From positions 124,001 to 188,000 of the forward strand of contig CM102284.1 of NCBI GenBank assembly GCA_046563655.1: DNA of 64,000 bases. Reading direction: 5' to 3'. The translations under genes and the position numbers were made by a program. Below the pieces are notes generated by a model. That model was not told the DNA's origin, searched no databases, and worked only from the letters and a program-made list of their open reading frames with translations. This stretch comes from Yuukianura sp. NJ FZ-2021 (taxonomy: Eukaryota). This document shows positions 11,561 to 25,510 of the stretch, one piece after another (position 1 is the stretch's first letter; every line of letters begins with the position of its first letter).

Positions 11561-12714
11561 CTTCACGCCGGAAAATCTGATTGGTTGACTCAAAACAGTT
11601 CTTTGGATAAACTGTAAAGGTTACTCCCATTAGTTACTCCAATTTATACTGATTCATTGTGAGTTGAGTTAATCAATTGATGTATAACTTACCCACAATT
11701 AATCGTAGACAACACTCAAATGTGACAAACCCGAAGGAAAGAGACGAAGGGAGTAACTAACTTACGTGTTACGTGTGTTTAATCAAGTGGAGTATAAAAA
11801 CAAGTTTTGATTTCAACGACCCAATCGTCGGCAGTTTTAATAGCACTACAAACTCTACTTTTTCTTTGTTCAAAACATAGCCCCTCTCAAACCACTAAAT
11901 AAACTTTAAAACACATTATGTCGAACAAATTATTTAATTCTATTAAATAATTTTATTGTTGTTATCATTAAAATGTTTCGTTTATATCTAATTAGTACTC
12001 GATTTATATCTGATCTGAGCGAGAAAAGGTAAGAATAGATCAGGTAAATCTGAGCCTGCATTTATTAAATCCACTTGATCGGAATTCATTGGCTTTGTTG
12101 ATGCCGACATCCGGACTCTTTCCGTGAGTCATGTGAACGTGACGCTTGTTTCATGTTACTGCCACGGTAGGGTACAAAGTACAAATTGCATTGCATTCCA
12201 ACCAACCTTATTTTAAAAAAACTGTTGCATGCCAACCAAATTAAACAAACGACGTAAAAATATGACTACTACACGCATACTTTGCTTCACTGCAAATTAG
12301 CGGAAGTTTAATTAATTTATTTTGGTCAATACACACTGGTTTCTCCTAAACTTCTAATTACTTATTTGCACTAATTAACAAAAATGCATTTAGTTCAGAA
12401 CCTGGTGAGTTGGTTAGTTCAATAATTACTAAACTAATTACTAATTACTTTTAACAATACTTCAGAGCAACCACTGATCATGTCTAATTTTAACCTTATG
12501 CTTTAACTCATTCTTTTGACTACACTATTAAACCGGATATACGAAAGTAGCCAAAGTTTTTCCGATTTTGGCTAAACACTAAACTTAATTTGAAGCTGAG
12601 GGTTGTAAGCGACTAATTTTGGCAGATGGAAGGAGATTAACAACATAACTACAAATACAAATTAATTGACTACTTAAATCAGTTAATTAAACTTCATAGT
12701 GTTAAATGTGAATG

Positions 12715-15694
12715 TTAAGATGAGTGAGAGTAGGCTGTGTTGGTGTAGCCTCCACTGTACACACTTGACCCTCCTGATTCGCTCCCCTTGACATGACCTC
12801 TGCGTTTGAAACAGAGGATGAAGATGAGGAGAATGACTGCGATCATGAGGATTAAGCCGCTGATGGCAATGGCGAGTGCGAAATCACGCTGGTTGAAGCA
12901 CAGAATGGCTCCACTCGCTTTCTTCTCTCTCTTCGCTTCGTCTGCTTTCTCCTGGGCGTCAGTCTCCGCTACTTCGTTCACGTACAGACCGTCATACACC
13001 TCAAAGTCATAAAGTAAGGCAAAAAAGTTAAAATTTAAACTCGAAGTTTAAAAAAACACTTTAAAAAGTTGCGAAGAGAAGATGCGCAGTTGACGAAATA
13101 TGTTTCCATTTAAATTGTGGGACAAGTTTATTGAAGCGTTCAAGTGAAAAAGAGGGGCGGGAAAGTTTGAGTCGTGGCAGACTGTGACAGTGACAATGAC
13201 CATGACTTTTAAGTGTAATATTATATTACTAATTATTTTTATTATATTAATTATTTTTATTATATTTTACCTCGACAGTTGCAGCTTCGTCTACACTGGG
13301 CGTGTTGACCTCTCTCTTGGTCTTGTCTCTCCTTGCATTGCAGAAGGGGGGATGACAGTGTTTGCATATTTTGACAGCGCATGCGTAGTAGACGGAGGGT
13401 GAGTAGGGGAACTTGTGTGCTAAAAAGTCAACGGAAGCAGTGTTTTCAGTGTACACAAACTGACCCATCAGTTCACTGTCCATTGTGCACCCCTCACTGT
13501 TCACCAATGTCTCCTCAGCCCAACCTAAACCATCTCGCACTTTACAGTCGGTCACCACAAACGGAAAACTGAAAACAAAATTCAAAATTTCAATTTAGCA
13601 TTTTCAGAAAAAATATTTAAAGTTTGTTGGAAGGAAGTCAAAGCTCAGAAACGAGAGCAAATCGTAAATTATGACGCCCTCTGTAAATCAAACCACCCCT
13701 CTTAAAAATTTTGAAACTGCTTTCTTCCTACTTCACTTTTTTTTTGAAATTTTGAAAGCAGGCAATATTGAAATATTATAGCTTGTTTTTTTTTCCTGAG
13801 AATGAGTAGGCCATAGAGGAAGAAAAATTGGCCATTGTGCCAATTATTCGCAAACAAAATTTGCAAGTGAGTGACAGCACGTAGGTGGATGGATTTACAC
13901 AGCTCGGGAAAAGGAAAGGTCAAGATTCCTTATGCGCAAACTCTAAAAATGGAGTGTCGCATTCCCACTTTTTACATTTCAACTACTTTTAACATTTCAA
14001 CTTGTTTTCATGTTTGACCATTTTGGAATTTCAACAGTCGTTTTTACCTGTGTTTAGACTGGACTGTGATGTTGAGTACGAGTGGATCTCCTATCTTGAC
14101 GTGTTCCCCTGACAGTTCATGTCCATCGCGGAGAATGCGCATGCCGACTGAAGGAATGTTAGATTGTGGTTGGTTGTGTTGTTTGCATCTGACGGGGAAG
14201 CCCCGCCCATGCCCCGTCACCAACTTGGGGTGGGGCTCCAGCACAATCGTGTTGAAGTACTCCTGGTCTCCATCAGGCGACGCAGATACTGTCATCGTGT
14301 TGCAGGAACGCAGGGGCAGGGAGTACTCAATCGTCTCCACTCCAAAGTACTCCTTCAGACACGAAGAGTTCTTGCTCAAACCCTAAATCACAACAGACCA
14401 TCAACAATATCAGACCATAAATTAAGTCAGACCACAAAATCAGACCATCATCTGCGCCAAAATAAAAACAAGACCATACATTGCATCAAGCCAAAAAGTC
14501 AAATCACAAACAGTTCCAGACCAAAAGATGAGCCCATAAATTGCATCAGACCGAACATCAGACCACAAACAATGCCAGACCAAATATCAGACCCTAAATT
14601 ACAGTAGAGGATCAGACCATAAATGAGTGAAACACTCAAGTTAAGTGGCTAAGTGGCCAGGTAAAATGCAGAGGTCGTTGACCTTGTTGTTTGAGGGTTT
14701 TGTGACTTATGACCTCTTAAAGTCGGAATTTCCCAAATAAGGCAGCATCCTTTCAATTTTGAGTGACGCTGTAATTGAAAATGGAAATCGGATTTTCAAA
14801 AACCTTGACTTTGACGTTACTCTTCAAAACGAGTTTCTGCTTATAAAATTTTATGAGTCTTTTTATTATAATTGCTGTCTATAGTATAAAATAATTTGTG
14901 TCGTGCATACCTTCATGAAAAAACTGGAATTGGTATTTTAAATGCCTGTCAAACATCTCCTCTACTTAAGACTTTAAAAAAGTTCAAATTCAGTTTCTAG
15001 TTTTACATTTTTATGTTTTATTCAAAGTGAATAGTTAATTGTAAAAGTGAAGGTGATTGATCCCTGAGTTTGCGCAAGAGTGTTATTGCGAGTGATCGGT
15101 GCAAGGGGGAGTGTGTTTTTGGTGTTATGTTGGGTGGAGTCATTTCATCAATTGCAGATCTCAATCGCATTAAAAATTTACAAACTGACCTCCATTTTCA
15201 AAATTCACAACTAACCAAAAGGAGATCTATGAAAAATGGTTCAGTCAGTGGGTCTGAGTCACGTTTTCCCTAATGAACTAATTGAATTTCAAATTTTACA
15301 AATTTCGAAGGTCAAATTACAAAAACTTTGATAATTATGAAAACTATAAAAACTTTTAGGAAATGTGCAAAAAGGAAGCAAAATAAACGTTGAGCGGCAA
15401 GAAAAATGTCGACTTCTGCGTAAATTTTTAAAACAATTTAAGAATTTAAAAAAAAATCAAATATTTTACCTGGGGGTACACCATTCCGCTGAATTGTGAG
15501 TCTGGCGTGGGAATTTTGACTTGAATGTAATGGCTGTCACACGTGACCTGGAGGTAGGATTCTAGGTGGGTCCAACTATCAGTCGTGGTGGGGTCAGTTG
15601 GTGGGGCAGAAACGGTGGGGGACCCTTCGGTGGGGCGGGGAGACCCTTGGACTCCAAGGACCAGCAGCAGCACTATGCTCAGAACGGAAGTCAT
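12715..15694 (-). CDS. Zona pellucida (ZP)-domain, cuticlin-like type I membrane protein; exons 15694-15470, 14382-14048, 13568-13271, 12999-12715
   Basis: Signal peptide MTSVLSIVLLLVLGVQG. ZP-N motifs VTCDSHYIQV, FSGMVYPQGLSKNSSC, YFNTIVLEPHP. ZP-C motifs VTDCKVRDG, GC, AHKFPYSPSVYYACAVKIC. Basic cleavage site RRDKTKR, TM helix and short tail. An in-frame upstream ATG exists at 15802. Confidence 0.9.
14385..14625. repeat. Degenerate intronic minisatellite with (AT)CAGACCA core
   Basis: Roughly ten CAGACC(A/C) units at irregular 12-40 nt spacing, abutting a ZP-gene splice acceptor. Confidence 0.75.
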
Positions 15695-18600
15695 TGAAGT
15701 GGGTTTGCGGGGAACCCTTGAAGTGCCCCACTTCCGATCAGGATGACCTTTGACCTTGGTGGTCAGCAGTTTTTGGGGGTCACTTGAACTTTTTGAGCTC
15801 ATCCTTCGTCGTGCGAGGCAATCATGTTCCCATGGTCAAAAACGACTTTAAGTCCTTGCGCATGCGTACACTTCACTTTCAACAAAACACAATCCCATTC
15901 TAAGCACATTCACTCCGGTGACCTTTGACTTCACATTGTTTAATCCTCGGATATCTCAGAAGTCACTTCAGAAGAAAGTGGAGTGGAATTAGGAATTGGC
16001 GTTATTGACGTTGGAAAGTTGACGTCGTTGATGCAGGAAGTTGACGTTGTTGACTTGTTACCTAAAAATTGACACGAAAACGTTTATTTCCGCTTAAAAA
16101 AGTGAAGAGGAATTAGAAAGAAGAAGAACTTGTTGGACGTTCCGCCTTTGCGTAACTTTTAATTCCAACTTCGTCATCAACTGCATTCTTTTTAGTCACT
16201 CACCCTCAAGACAATGCAAAACAGGCGCAAATTCCTTAGAAAATTGCAAATTGCAAATTCTACCAAGTATTGCCAAATTTCATACTCGATGTCCTTTTTT
16301 CCAAGGTTTAAAAATTTTCACGATTTTGAAAAATTTGAGAAATTTGACTCTCAGATGACACCTGAAATCCACTTATTCTTTCACCACCGGATTAAATTGT
16401 GTAATCGGAGTATTAGTCACGTACCGTACTATGTTAAATGTTAATTGAAATTAAGTAATTGCAATTACAATTAAGATTAAGTTAACAAATTGCATTAATT
16501 AAGAATCTTAAGACTCAAGACTAATTAAGAAACTTACAGATTCACAAATCAGGTGAGGTCCGTTGTTGGCACAGAAAAGTGAGAGTTCAAATCAATTTCA
16601 CTTCAGACTTAAAGCTGACTGAACCTCAACTTCCAAAAATCATAACTTTTCTAAAATTTTAAAACCTGAAATTTAAAAACTGAAAAGCGTGATTTGAGAA
16701 ACTGTGCTGAAACTGAAATGCTGGATGGTTGCGATGGTTTGAAGAGTGATGAAGCAATGGATGTTGGTTTGAGATCCTGTTAATTCGTGGAGGAGTGGAG
16801 GAGAGTGAAGGGGGTGAAACAGGTGAAGTGAACAGGAAATCAAAGGGGGAGGAAAAGAGGGGGTGAAAAAAGAGGGAAATTTAAATTTCATCCCCCTACC
16901 ATTTCATCCCCTCCTTAAAACAGGGGGAGGAAACTTCAGTTTTAGTCAGAGGGTGGTGGGGGGTGAAACTTTAATTTAAGGGGGTTCAAACTTCCCTCTC
17001 CTTTCACTTGTTTCGTTGACCTTGGTAGAGGGGGGGGGGTCTCTGTAGGGGGGGGGGGTCTGTAAGTTTGGATTACTGTAACTTTTGAGTCCTCTTGTAC
17101 TCAAATGCATCTTATCCTTCTCTTCTGCCAAACTAAAAAGTGTCTTCCTCATCCTCTTCATCCTTCAATTTGTTCATATGATTAAAATCTTCTCAACAAA
17201 CTGCACACAACATGTTATTTTATCTGTTTTTTTTTGTTGCCTCTCCAATCACATCTTTGAGAACACAATGAACTCCAAATGGCATTTGATTGATTCACAA
17301 AAAAGTATCTTCCGCATCAATCTCAAGTTCTCTGACCGAACAAATTCAAAACTGCAAGTCACTCCTCCTTGTCACGAATACCAAATTTAACCATTTTCAA
17401 TTTTTGAAAAGGCATGTCATTTCGTTTTTTATAGAAAAAGTTAGTCGGAAGTTGTGATTAGCAGCTTAGCACGTAGAAAGTAAAAAATGCAGGAAATGAA
17501 AAGTTTGAAGGAAAAAGTTAATTGTTTTGAATCGCAGTTTCTACGCATTGTCCTGTCTTTTTTCCATCGTCAAAGTGCTAACAATTTCACAACAATTACT
17601 ACGCAACTTCGTTTCAATACAAAATTCAAAGATACAATAACATAATCACTTTTATTTTAGTGCGTTTGTTTTAGTACTTTTATTTTAGACAATTATTCAC
17701 GGTACTTTTAAACATCCAGCTCTGATTGACTTCTTTTTTAAATTCTCAAAAAGTGTGAAATTTTTTCATATGATTTTTTCGTTTTATTTGTTAAGTAGAG
17801 AAAGCTACTTTATGGCATAACCTTGTCTGTCTGTCTGTTTTAAGTATTAGTGTGACCTTTGGTGTGAAGCCTCTTAAGCCCACACTAATTCTCTGAATAA
17901 CGTTCAAACACTTATTCTCATCGCCTCTACTTCTTTAATGAGATAGAGGCAAAAGACCTTGGCTAAATTTTACATCCACGCCCTACCTATTCCTTTACAT
18001 TCCCAATTTCTTTAGCTCTGCAGGTTTCCCAAATATCTGTTCCTCAATAGCGTTTTTGCCAAGTCATCAACGGGAGATTAAGCGGAAGTTAGATCATAAA
18101 AATGAGACAACGAAACCAACGGACTCAATTTCATAAAAATTTGAAATGAAAAAACATAAATTGTGTAAAATGTGAGCTTTTGTGTGTCTGCTGTACTTAG
18201 CATCCCGTGACCTTCTTAAAGCCGTTTCTTACAACGGTGTCCCTCAGGTGTGCAAAATGTACAAAAATTAGCAACTTACCAACTTTGCCAAAAATTTAAA
18301 CCGGGATTCGCAAGTCCGCTAAGTTTCCAATTTTTGCAAAGCCAAGGATACACTACTAAATACCAAAGTCAATGTCTAAACTAACTCAATTGTTTCAAAA
18401 TGAGGTAATGGGCTCGCAATTTGCAAATTTTCTTGGAATTAAAAAAAGTTTAAGTTTTGTTTTGTATGTAACATTGCGGATTTCGAATTTCCTTGAAAGG
18501 CAATTTTTAAACACTTCCTTGTTTTTCCAAGAAGCTTTCAACTACCTAACCATGAATTTGCAATTTCTAAGTTCGTTTTACCACCATCTTTTTAAAAAAG

Positions 18601-20767
18601 TTTTTCATGAGTTCCAAAAATTTTAAGTAACTTTTGCCATTTTTTTTTTGAAATTTCCTTCCTGATTTTGAAAATGAAACGAAAAGAAGTGGTTGGAAAG
18701 TGATTGTGCAATTTTGATTTTTTTAAAGTAAGATTTTTTTTTTTTTGTAAAATTTGAAATTGCGGCAATTTGTCGTTTGGAGGTGAAAGAACTGTGGGAA
18801 GAGGACGGATTAAGTGGCAGCATCTTTAGCTTCTTTGTGCATACCAAATTCATGTGCAGATGAGGATGATGGTGTTGCTAGGCAACGGGATTCACTTAGC
18901 AACATTCCTCTCCATCTGCTGCTAAAACCAAACCTTATGTCACTCCTCATTTTTACTCCTTTGCTTTATGACTTTGGACACTCAAATATTATGTTTGCTC
19001 AGCACTTAAGCTGTTCTCTCAAAGTCACTGGTGCGTGGGGTCGCTTCTCACCACCAGTCTTTTTTTTTTTTGCAAGAATTCCATCGTGTCATAATTTTTT
19101 GTCCTTTTGTTTGTTTTTGCGCGTGGGAGAGGCTGATCCCGGAACTTTGTGAAAATTATGGACATGACGGGCGTACACGGAACGAAGTCTCGACATTTGC
19201 CTTAAAACGCCAAATTCAAATTTCATGTTTACAAAGAAACACACAAAAAACAGCAAAAATGGAAAATTATGTGCACAATGAACCCTCATTTTCTCGGATA
19301 GACATTTTTGCGACTTTGCAAAAAAATCGTGGTTGAGGCGAAAGTGCCAATTAAGCAATTATGAGCGTCGCTTTTTAAAATTTTTGCATTTTCACTTGAA
19401 ATCTTTCATCGCGAGTTCCACTCCACCCAAAGAATAAATTAAATTTGAAAATTCTCATTTTTTGTTTTTGAAAATTATTTTTTGAAAATGAAAAAGTTTT
19501 GTTTTTAATTTGTGTACTTTTGGAATTCTGTGTGAAAAAAAGAAATTTGGCACGAGGTCTCTTCCTACGGAACAATTTTCAGCAGAACCTCATTTTAGTT
19601 GTCAAAAAAGGAGAAGATGAGACACACTCTCATTCCACTTGTCATTTTTGCAATTTTTTTGCAAACAGGAATTCACGAATCATAAGTCTGCGCAGATGTC
19701 AAATTCCGCGTCTGTGCAGTAGCTCCGGGCATTTGTTGGAAGGTTATGACTTGAATAAGTGGATGACGTGAGGTACTGCTTTCATGAAGGCCGTTCTCAA
19801 GATCTTTTCGCACACTCGAGCTCCATTTGCCAATTTCACACGCCCACCCTGCAAAAAGTTTGCAAAAACTGTAGTTTGGCGATCCACTGCCATATTTGTA
19901 CTCTGCCCTCACCTTGTCTCTTCCTTCTACAGAGACACCTAACTGCAAATTCAAATTCGCAAAAACGTAAAGTCCAAATTGGCAACAACTCAAAGTCCAA
20001 ATTCGCAAACAGTGCAAGTCCAAATTGAAAATTTGCGCATGTGGGGTAAGGTCCCTTAAAGTCATAAAATCCGCAAAAGGCAAAGGGAGAGGAGCCCTTT
20101 GTCTCGCCCACAAACCAACTCCTGGCCATTTGGAACTCGAGGCACCGATTATTTCGCAAACTTTGCCAAAATTCGCAACAGCTGAAATTTGCAAATTGCT
20201 TGAAACTGCTTCTGGCAGAACTGCAAAGTCTATTAAGTTGTAATGGCATTGTCTATAACAAACAATTTACTATGGATTTGAGTTGATTTAAAAAGGAAAC
20301 AATGGAAGAGTAGAACAAAGTAAAAGAAAAAGTGGTTCTTTTGAGCTATAGCTTTTTTTCAACTCGCCAAACAAATTGCTAAATTGTCTCACCAGGGTGG
20401 ATAAACAAAGAAATACTTTTTCTTAGGTTAGGCAATAGCTCGAGTTTTACGGTTTTTTTTTGCATAAAATTTTCGAAAATGAGGAAATTTTAGATATTAT
20501 GAGTAGAGATATTATATATTATGGTAGATTTTATGAAGAAGAAATTTGTGATATTTCTGAGACTTAGCTAGATTTCATCAAGAAGAAATTTTAGATATAG
20601 TTAGACCAACTTTTTAATTTTCTATGAACGTGTTCTATTAATGAATTTATTTCAGATTTTTTGCTGAAACGAGATTTTGAAAACTATTGGAAAAAACTAT
20701 TTTTAAACTAAAAGGTTTCAAATTTGCGTTATTTTGAAGTAATGTTTGAAATGTTTTAGTTTTTATT

Positions 20768-22397
20768 CTACCGAGTGACAGTCATGAGACTGTCGATTTC
20801 CGACTGAAAATAGAAACAATGCTCAGTTGAAATTTCTTTTTTTTGAAATGTAGTTGAAATTTTGAAATTTTGAGAAGCGTACCATAGCGTAGCGTAGTGA
20901 GGATGAGGAGATATATCTTGGTTTCATAACTTGGAGTTCATCACTCTCCACTCCAGCCTGCGTACAGCGTTCTACGTTGCGCGCATGTGCAGAAAAGTTC
21001 GGTCCAAGCAGCCTTGTCCAAAACGCCTCTGACTGGATCTGGTGTCGCCTACAAAATTCAAAGTTTATTCCAAACTAAATTCAACTTTCGAGTAGTTTGA
21101 CTCAAATTTAGAATTAGAAAGAATCGTTGGAAAATCCCATTTTTGAAAAATTCAAAGTTTTTTCAAAAACTTACGATGTGAAAAATTCAACGATTTTTGG
21201 AAAATTTCATACCATCTGAGTTTGATTGCAGTGGTGAAGAGATCCATGATGGCTGCAGCATAATTGTGGAGTTGCCAGTAGTTGTCTTTGAAGAAATCTT
21301 TACAGTAGTAGTAAACACCGTTCTGAGATTAGTCAAAAACTAATTAACATATAATAATATATATTAATATATAATATTTTAATAGTGATTATTTAAATAT
21401 TTATACATAGATGTGCCAAATGACGTCGAGGAGGGGGTCGTACACTCCGAGATTGAAGTCGTCGCTCCATCTAGTGCACAACCAATTCTTCTCCTTCTTC
21501 CACGCAACAATCTGAAGTAATCCACAAATCGAGCAATCAAGTAATTAAGTCAAGTAATCAAGTAATCGAGTAATCTTAAGTTTGGAGTGGATTTACGTCT
21601 TCATGGCATTGATCCTGGAAGAATCTGACTCCTTTGCTGTTATTGGCGCATTCCGCCAGATTAGCAGTGATCCACTTGTAGTTGATTTCAGACAAGTACT
21701 CTGTTCTGTCTGGCGTTGTCAAAAAGTGCAGTTTCTTGAAAGTGTAGATGGCGTGGGGGATGAAAGTCTTGGGCAGATGCTTGTCATCTTTACACAAAGT
21801 TTTAAATATCTCCGCAGTTTGGTCCAGCAGTTTCCAACTATTGATTGGCTGGTGGTCAGGTATCTGCGCAGTGGTGATGAAGTGACTCATGATGGCCTGC
21901 TCCAACTGGCGACTCTGCGTCTTCACCTCGTGCATCGCAGTAACCTTGTACTTCTTAGGTGCTTTCCTGGCCTCTTTGTCTTTGAAACTCTGTGATTGGT
22001 TGGAGTGGCAAGACCCTTCGTAAGAGACACTTCGTCTTTTCCAGTCCTCCTCCAAGGGGTCAGGAAAATCAAGCAAAGGGCTGTTGTCAATCTCCCAAGA
22101 GGGAAAGTCCAACAGAGGAGTGTTTTCACCCCCATTTCCAGAGGAAGTTCCGTTGAATTTCACATTGCCGCCCCCCGACCCCCCGGGGGGTTTGACCTCC
22201 TCACGTGGGGGGTCATGGACCACATCGTAGTTGGCAGACTCTTGTCGTTTGTGTTTAGTGCTCAGTAGTCCGGAACCCCTGGCCTCGGATGACCTTTGAC
22301 CCAGGTCACGTCGAGGACGGTCCTTCTTTACGGCAACTGTGTTGCTCAAACACACAAACAATGCTAAAAACAAACAGAATCTGGTACAAGCACACAT
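20768..22397 (-). CDS. Uncharacterised secreted protein, 5 coding exons (~22397-21597, 21511-21407, 21322-21213, 21048-20883, 20803-20768), about 400 aa
   Basis: Signal peptide MCACTRFCLFLALFVCLSNTVA. All four GT-AG junctions keep frame (...CHED|IVAWKKE...WHIY|NGVYYYC...LRW|RHQ...YAM|SEIDSLMTVTR*). Confidence 0.8.
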
Positions 22398-23325
22398 TTC
22401 TGAAAAAAAAAACGATTGGATTGACAAGATAGGAAATTAAAAAAAAATACTGTGATGTTCCGTTTGAGTGCAGAATTGAACTCAGAACAGCACTGGAATT
22501 TGAAAGAGAAAGCAGAATTTAGCACAATTTTTAATATTCAAATTGAACAATGAACTCGAAAGTTTGTAACTGAGCTATTAATTTTTAAACAATTTGTAAA
22601 CTAAAACTAACTTTTTCAACTTTCAATTATACTTTTAACCATACATTGTTAATTAATTACTTTTAACGTATAACCTTTTAACTTTTAACATTTGTACAAA
22701 TTTTTCATCCTTGGAAAATACAAAGTCCAAAACTTCTACGCCACCGAAATAATTATTTTTTAATTTTGAAAATGGGATGTACAGAAAAAATATGTATTCT
22801 TTTTGAAGAAGCCTGATTATGTGATGATTTGAATTGAACTAATTGTTCAATTATTTGTTTTTTGTAATTAAAAATATGTTTTTCATATGAGTTGATTTAT
22901 TTTAGTTGGTGGTTGAGGTCACGTGCCGGGGTCAGTGGCTGGACATTGACTTTTGCTTTCTGTCAAAATGAGTGATAACTCACAGTCTGCACAAAAACAC
23001 GAACAGAAAAAAAAACCGGTAGAACCACTTTCCGCTTTTCCGACTAATTCCCCTGGCTCTTTAGTTGATCTTTGGGTGGAAAAGCACCAAATCTTCTTAC
23101 TTTTTACTTTTTTCATGTTGAAATTTTGAAAGTTGAAAAGTGAAGATGGAATTAATTAAGGCTTACCTTGATCTGTGTAGATCCAGGGTTAATACCCGCC
23201 TTACGACCATCCAAAACAACACCAAAACAACAATCCTCCACTCAGTCATCTTCTGCCGTTCCACCAACAAGCACATCTCAACAAGTCTCCATTCAAGGTC
23301 AAGTTCTAAGGTCAAAGGTCAAGTG

Positions 23326-25054
23326 ATGAAGGGGTATCTGCTGCTGGCCCTGGTGGGGGTCGTGTCAAGTGCCCCCCAGAACTGGCCCTACAGGGACTCT
23401 CTGATGCCGTATCGCTATGGCTACCCGCAGTCGCAGTTCAAGTACCTCCCGCAGATCGAGGACGATGAGGAGGTGGGCCCTTATCCTGCAGGGCTCGGGA
23501 GACAGGACTACGCAGTCGTAGGATCAGACGGTCAGTCCCCAGGGCTCATCTTTCGAAGGCCCCCCTCCCTTAACAAAGCATGGTTACCCCAGTGGAAAAT
23601 CGGTGACTAACTTTGAACCAACACTTTTCACTTTTAACCCCGCTCAACTTTTAACTTTTAACCTGGCTAACTTTTAACAGAAATTCTCAAAGATATTTCA
23701 AACTTTAACACTTTTCCGGGCATCTCCTTCTCTAAGCTTTCTCATGTCTCATTTTTCTGAGGATGTGTTTAGGCTTTTTTGATTTTTCTGAGAAATGTCT
23801 TTAGATTTTCTTGATTTCCCTGAGGAATGTCTTTAGATTTTCCTGATTTTTGCCCATTTTGGAATTTTGTTTTGTTTTTGCAGGAGACCGCGCTCGACCA
23901 ACGACAGAAGCTGCAGTGGTGAGTGTGGTGGAGACAGGTTCGGTGGCTCCTGTGGTGGAGCCCAGTAGAGAGCCACCCAGAACCACCTCTGCCCCGTCTC
24001 CCCCGCCCCCAAAACCAGTGGGGCCGGAACAAACTGTTGGCAAACCCGTCCAACCGGTAAGCAAATTCTCATCTCAAGAGTAAATGAACCCTGCAAATTC
24101 AAAAACCACCACCAATTAATTCTACACTCCACTCACAAATTCTTCCCTTTCAACTTGATTTATTCAACTGTCTACAGTGTTGTTTTTTTTTTCAAAAAAA
24201 AAAAAGTATCTCCTCTTCAAAAAAAAAGTTTTTTCTTGCATGATTTTAACTTTTTCATCTTCAAATTCCTTTTCTTCCCGCATGATTACAATTTTTTCAC
24301 TTTTGAAATTCTTTTACCTTAGCCTCCGTTCCCTCCAGCTCGTCCCCCACCCACCCCGCCCCCAAAGGAGGAGGAGGAGGACGAAGATGAGGATGAGGAG
24401 GATGATGACGAGTCGGAGGAAGCGGATGACGAGGAGGCAGAAGACGAGGACAAACCGGACAAAGATGAGGATGAGGAGGAGGAGGAGGAGCGACGCCGTC
24501 AAGAGCCGCTTTCTGAGGAGAAGGTCGATGAACCTGCGGATCCTGTTCCAGTGGAGGCTGTGAGTTCGAGTCCACCCGTCGTGGAAAAAGTTGTGCAGCC
24601 GACCAAGGCCACTCAAGTAGAACCGTCGTCAGTTGAGGAGGTGAATGCCCCTCCTCCTGCCGTGGAAAGCAATGAAGTTCCGACTAAGCCGAGTGAAGCC
24701 GAAGATGAGTCGGAGGAGGAGGGAGGGCTGGAGGATGAGGTGGAGGCACTTGTACCGGGCTATGTTACTGACCAGGGCGAAGTTCTTGTTCCAGTAGATA
24801 CAGTTACCGGTGATCAACCAATCTCCATTGTCCCTGGTGAGTTAAAATAATATATTAATATTAATACTTTATATAATAATATTAATACTTTTAATAATAA
24901 TATTTAAATACTATTTTTAGATCCATACACTCCTCCGAGACGTGGCGTTCCGATCAGTGGAAGTTCTCACTTTCGATACAACTCGTACACCAATCCCTTC
25001 TACTATGCTGACGAATACGAATTGGCAAGACAAGGTCAGTACTTTGGGTACTGA
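23326..25054 (+). CDS. Secreted Pro/Glu/Asp-rich low-complexity protein, short isoform; exons 23326-23602, 23884-24056, 24323-24836, 24921-25054
   Basis: Signal peptide MKGYLLLALVGVVSS. In-frame GT-AG junctions, poly-acidic exon 3, TGA 25052-25054 and AATAAA at 25078. Confidence 0.8.
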
Positions 25055-25189
25055 GGGGTCAAATTATACTTCCTTTCAATAAATTTCAAAATTTCAGAAA
25101 ACGGTTTACTTAATTTTCAAAAAAAGTTACTCGACGTTAGAAGAACTGCTAAGTTTATGTAATAAAATATTTAAGAGGGTGGTTCCCGC

Positions 25190-25510
25190 CAAAACGTTTT
25201 TTTTTCCTGCCAAAATGTTTGCTTCTTTTCCCAAAACGTTTTTCTGAAAAACGTCTTCTTTCTTGGTCAAAACGTTTTTCTGCCAAAACGTTTTCATTCC
25301 CTGCCCAAACGTTTGCTTTGTTTTTGTGGTAACGTTTTTTTTCCCTGGCAAAACGTTTCGACAAAGGAAGCAAATGTTTTGGCAGCAAGGAAACGTTTTG
25401 TCATTTTTGGTCAAACGGTTTTGTTTCACCAAAACGTTTTTGCATGAAAGCACTGAAATTTTCCTCTTTCTTTTTTCAAAACGTTTTAACTTTGTACAAA
25501 AACGTTTTTA
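25190..25510. repeat. Degenerate tandem array with palindromic AAACGTTT core
   Basis: More than ten AAACGTTT-like units at ~20-40 nt spacing. Similar clusters lie at ~38390-38440 and ~61090-61140. Confidence 0.8.
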
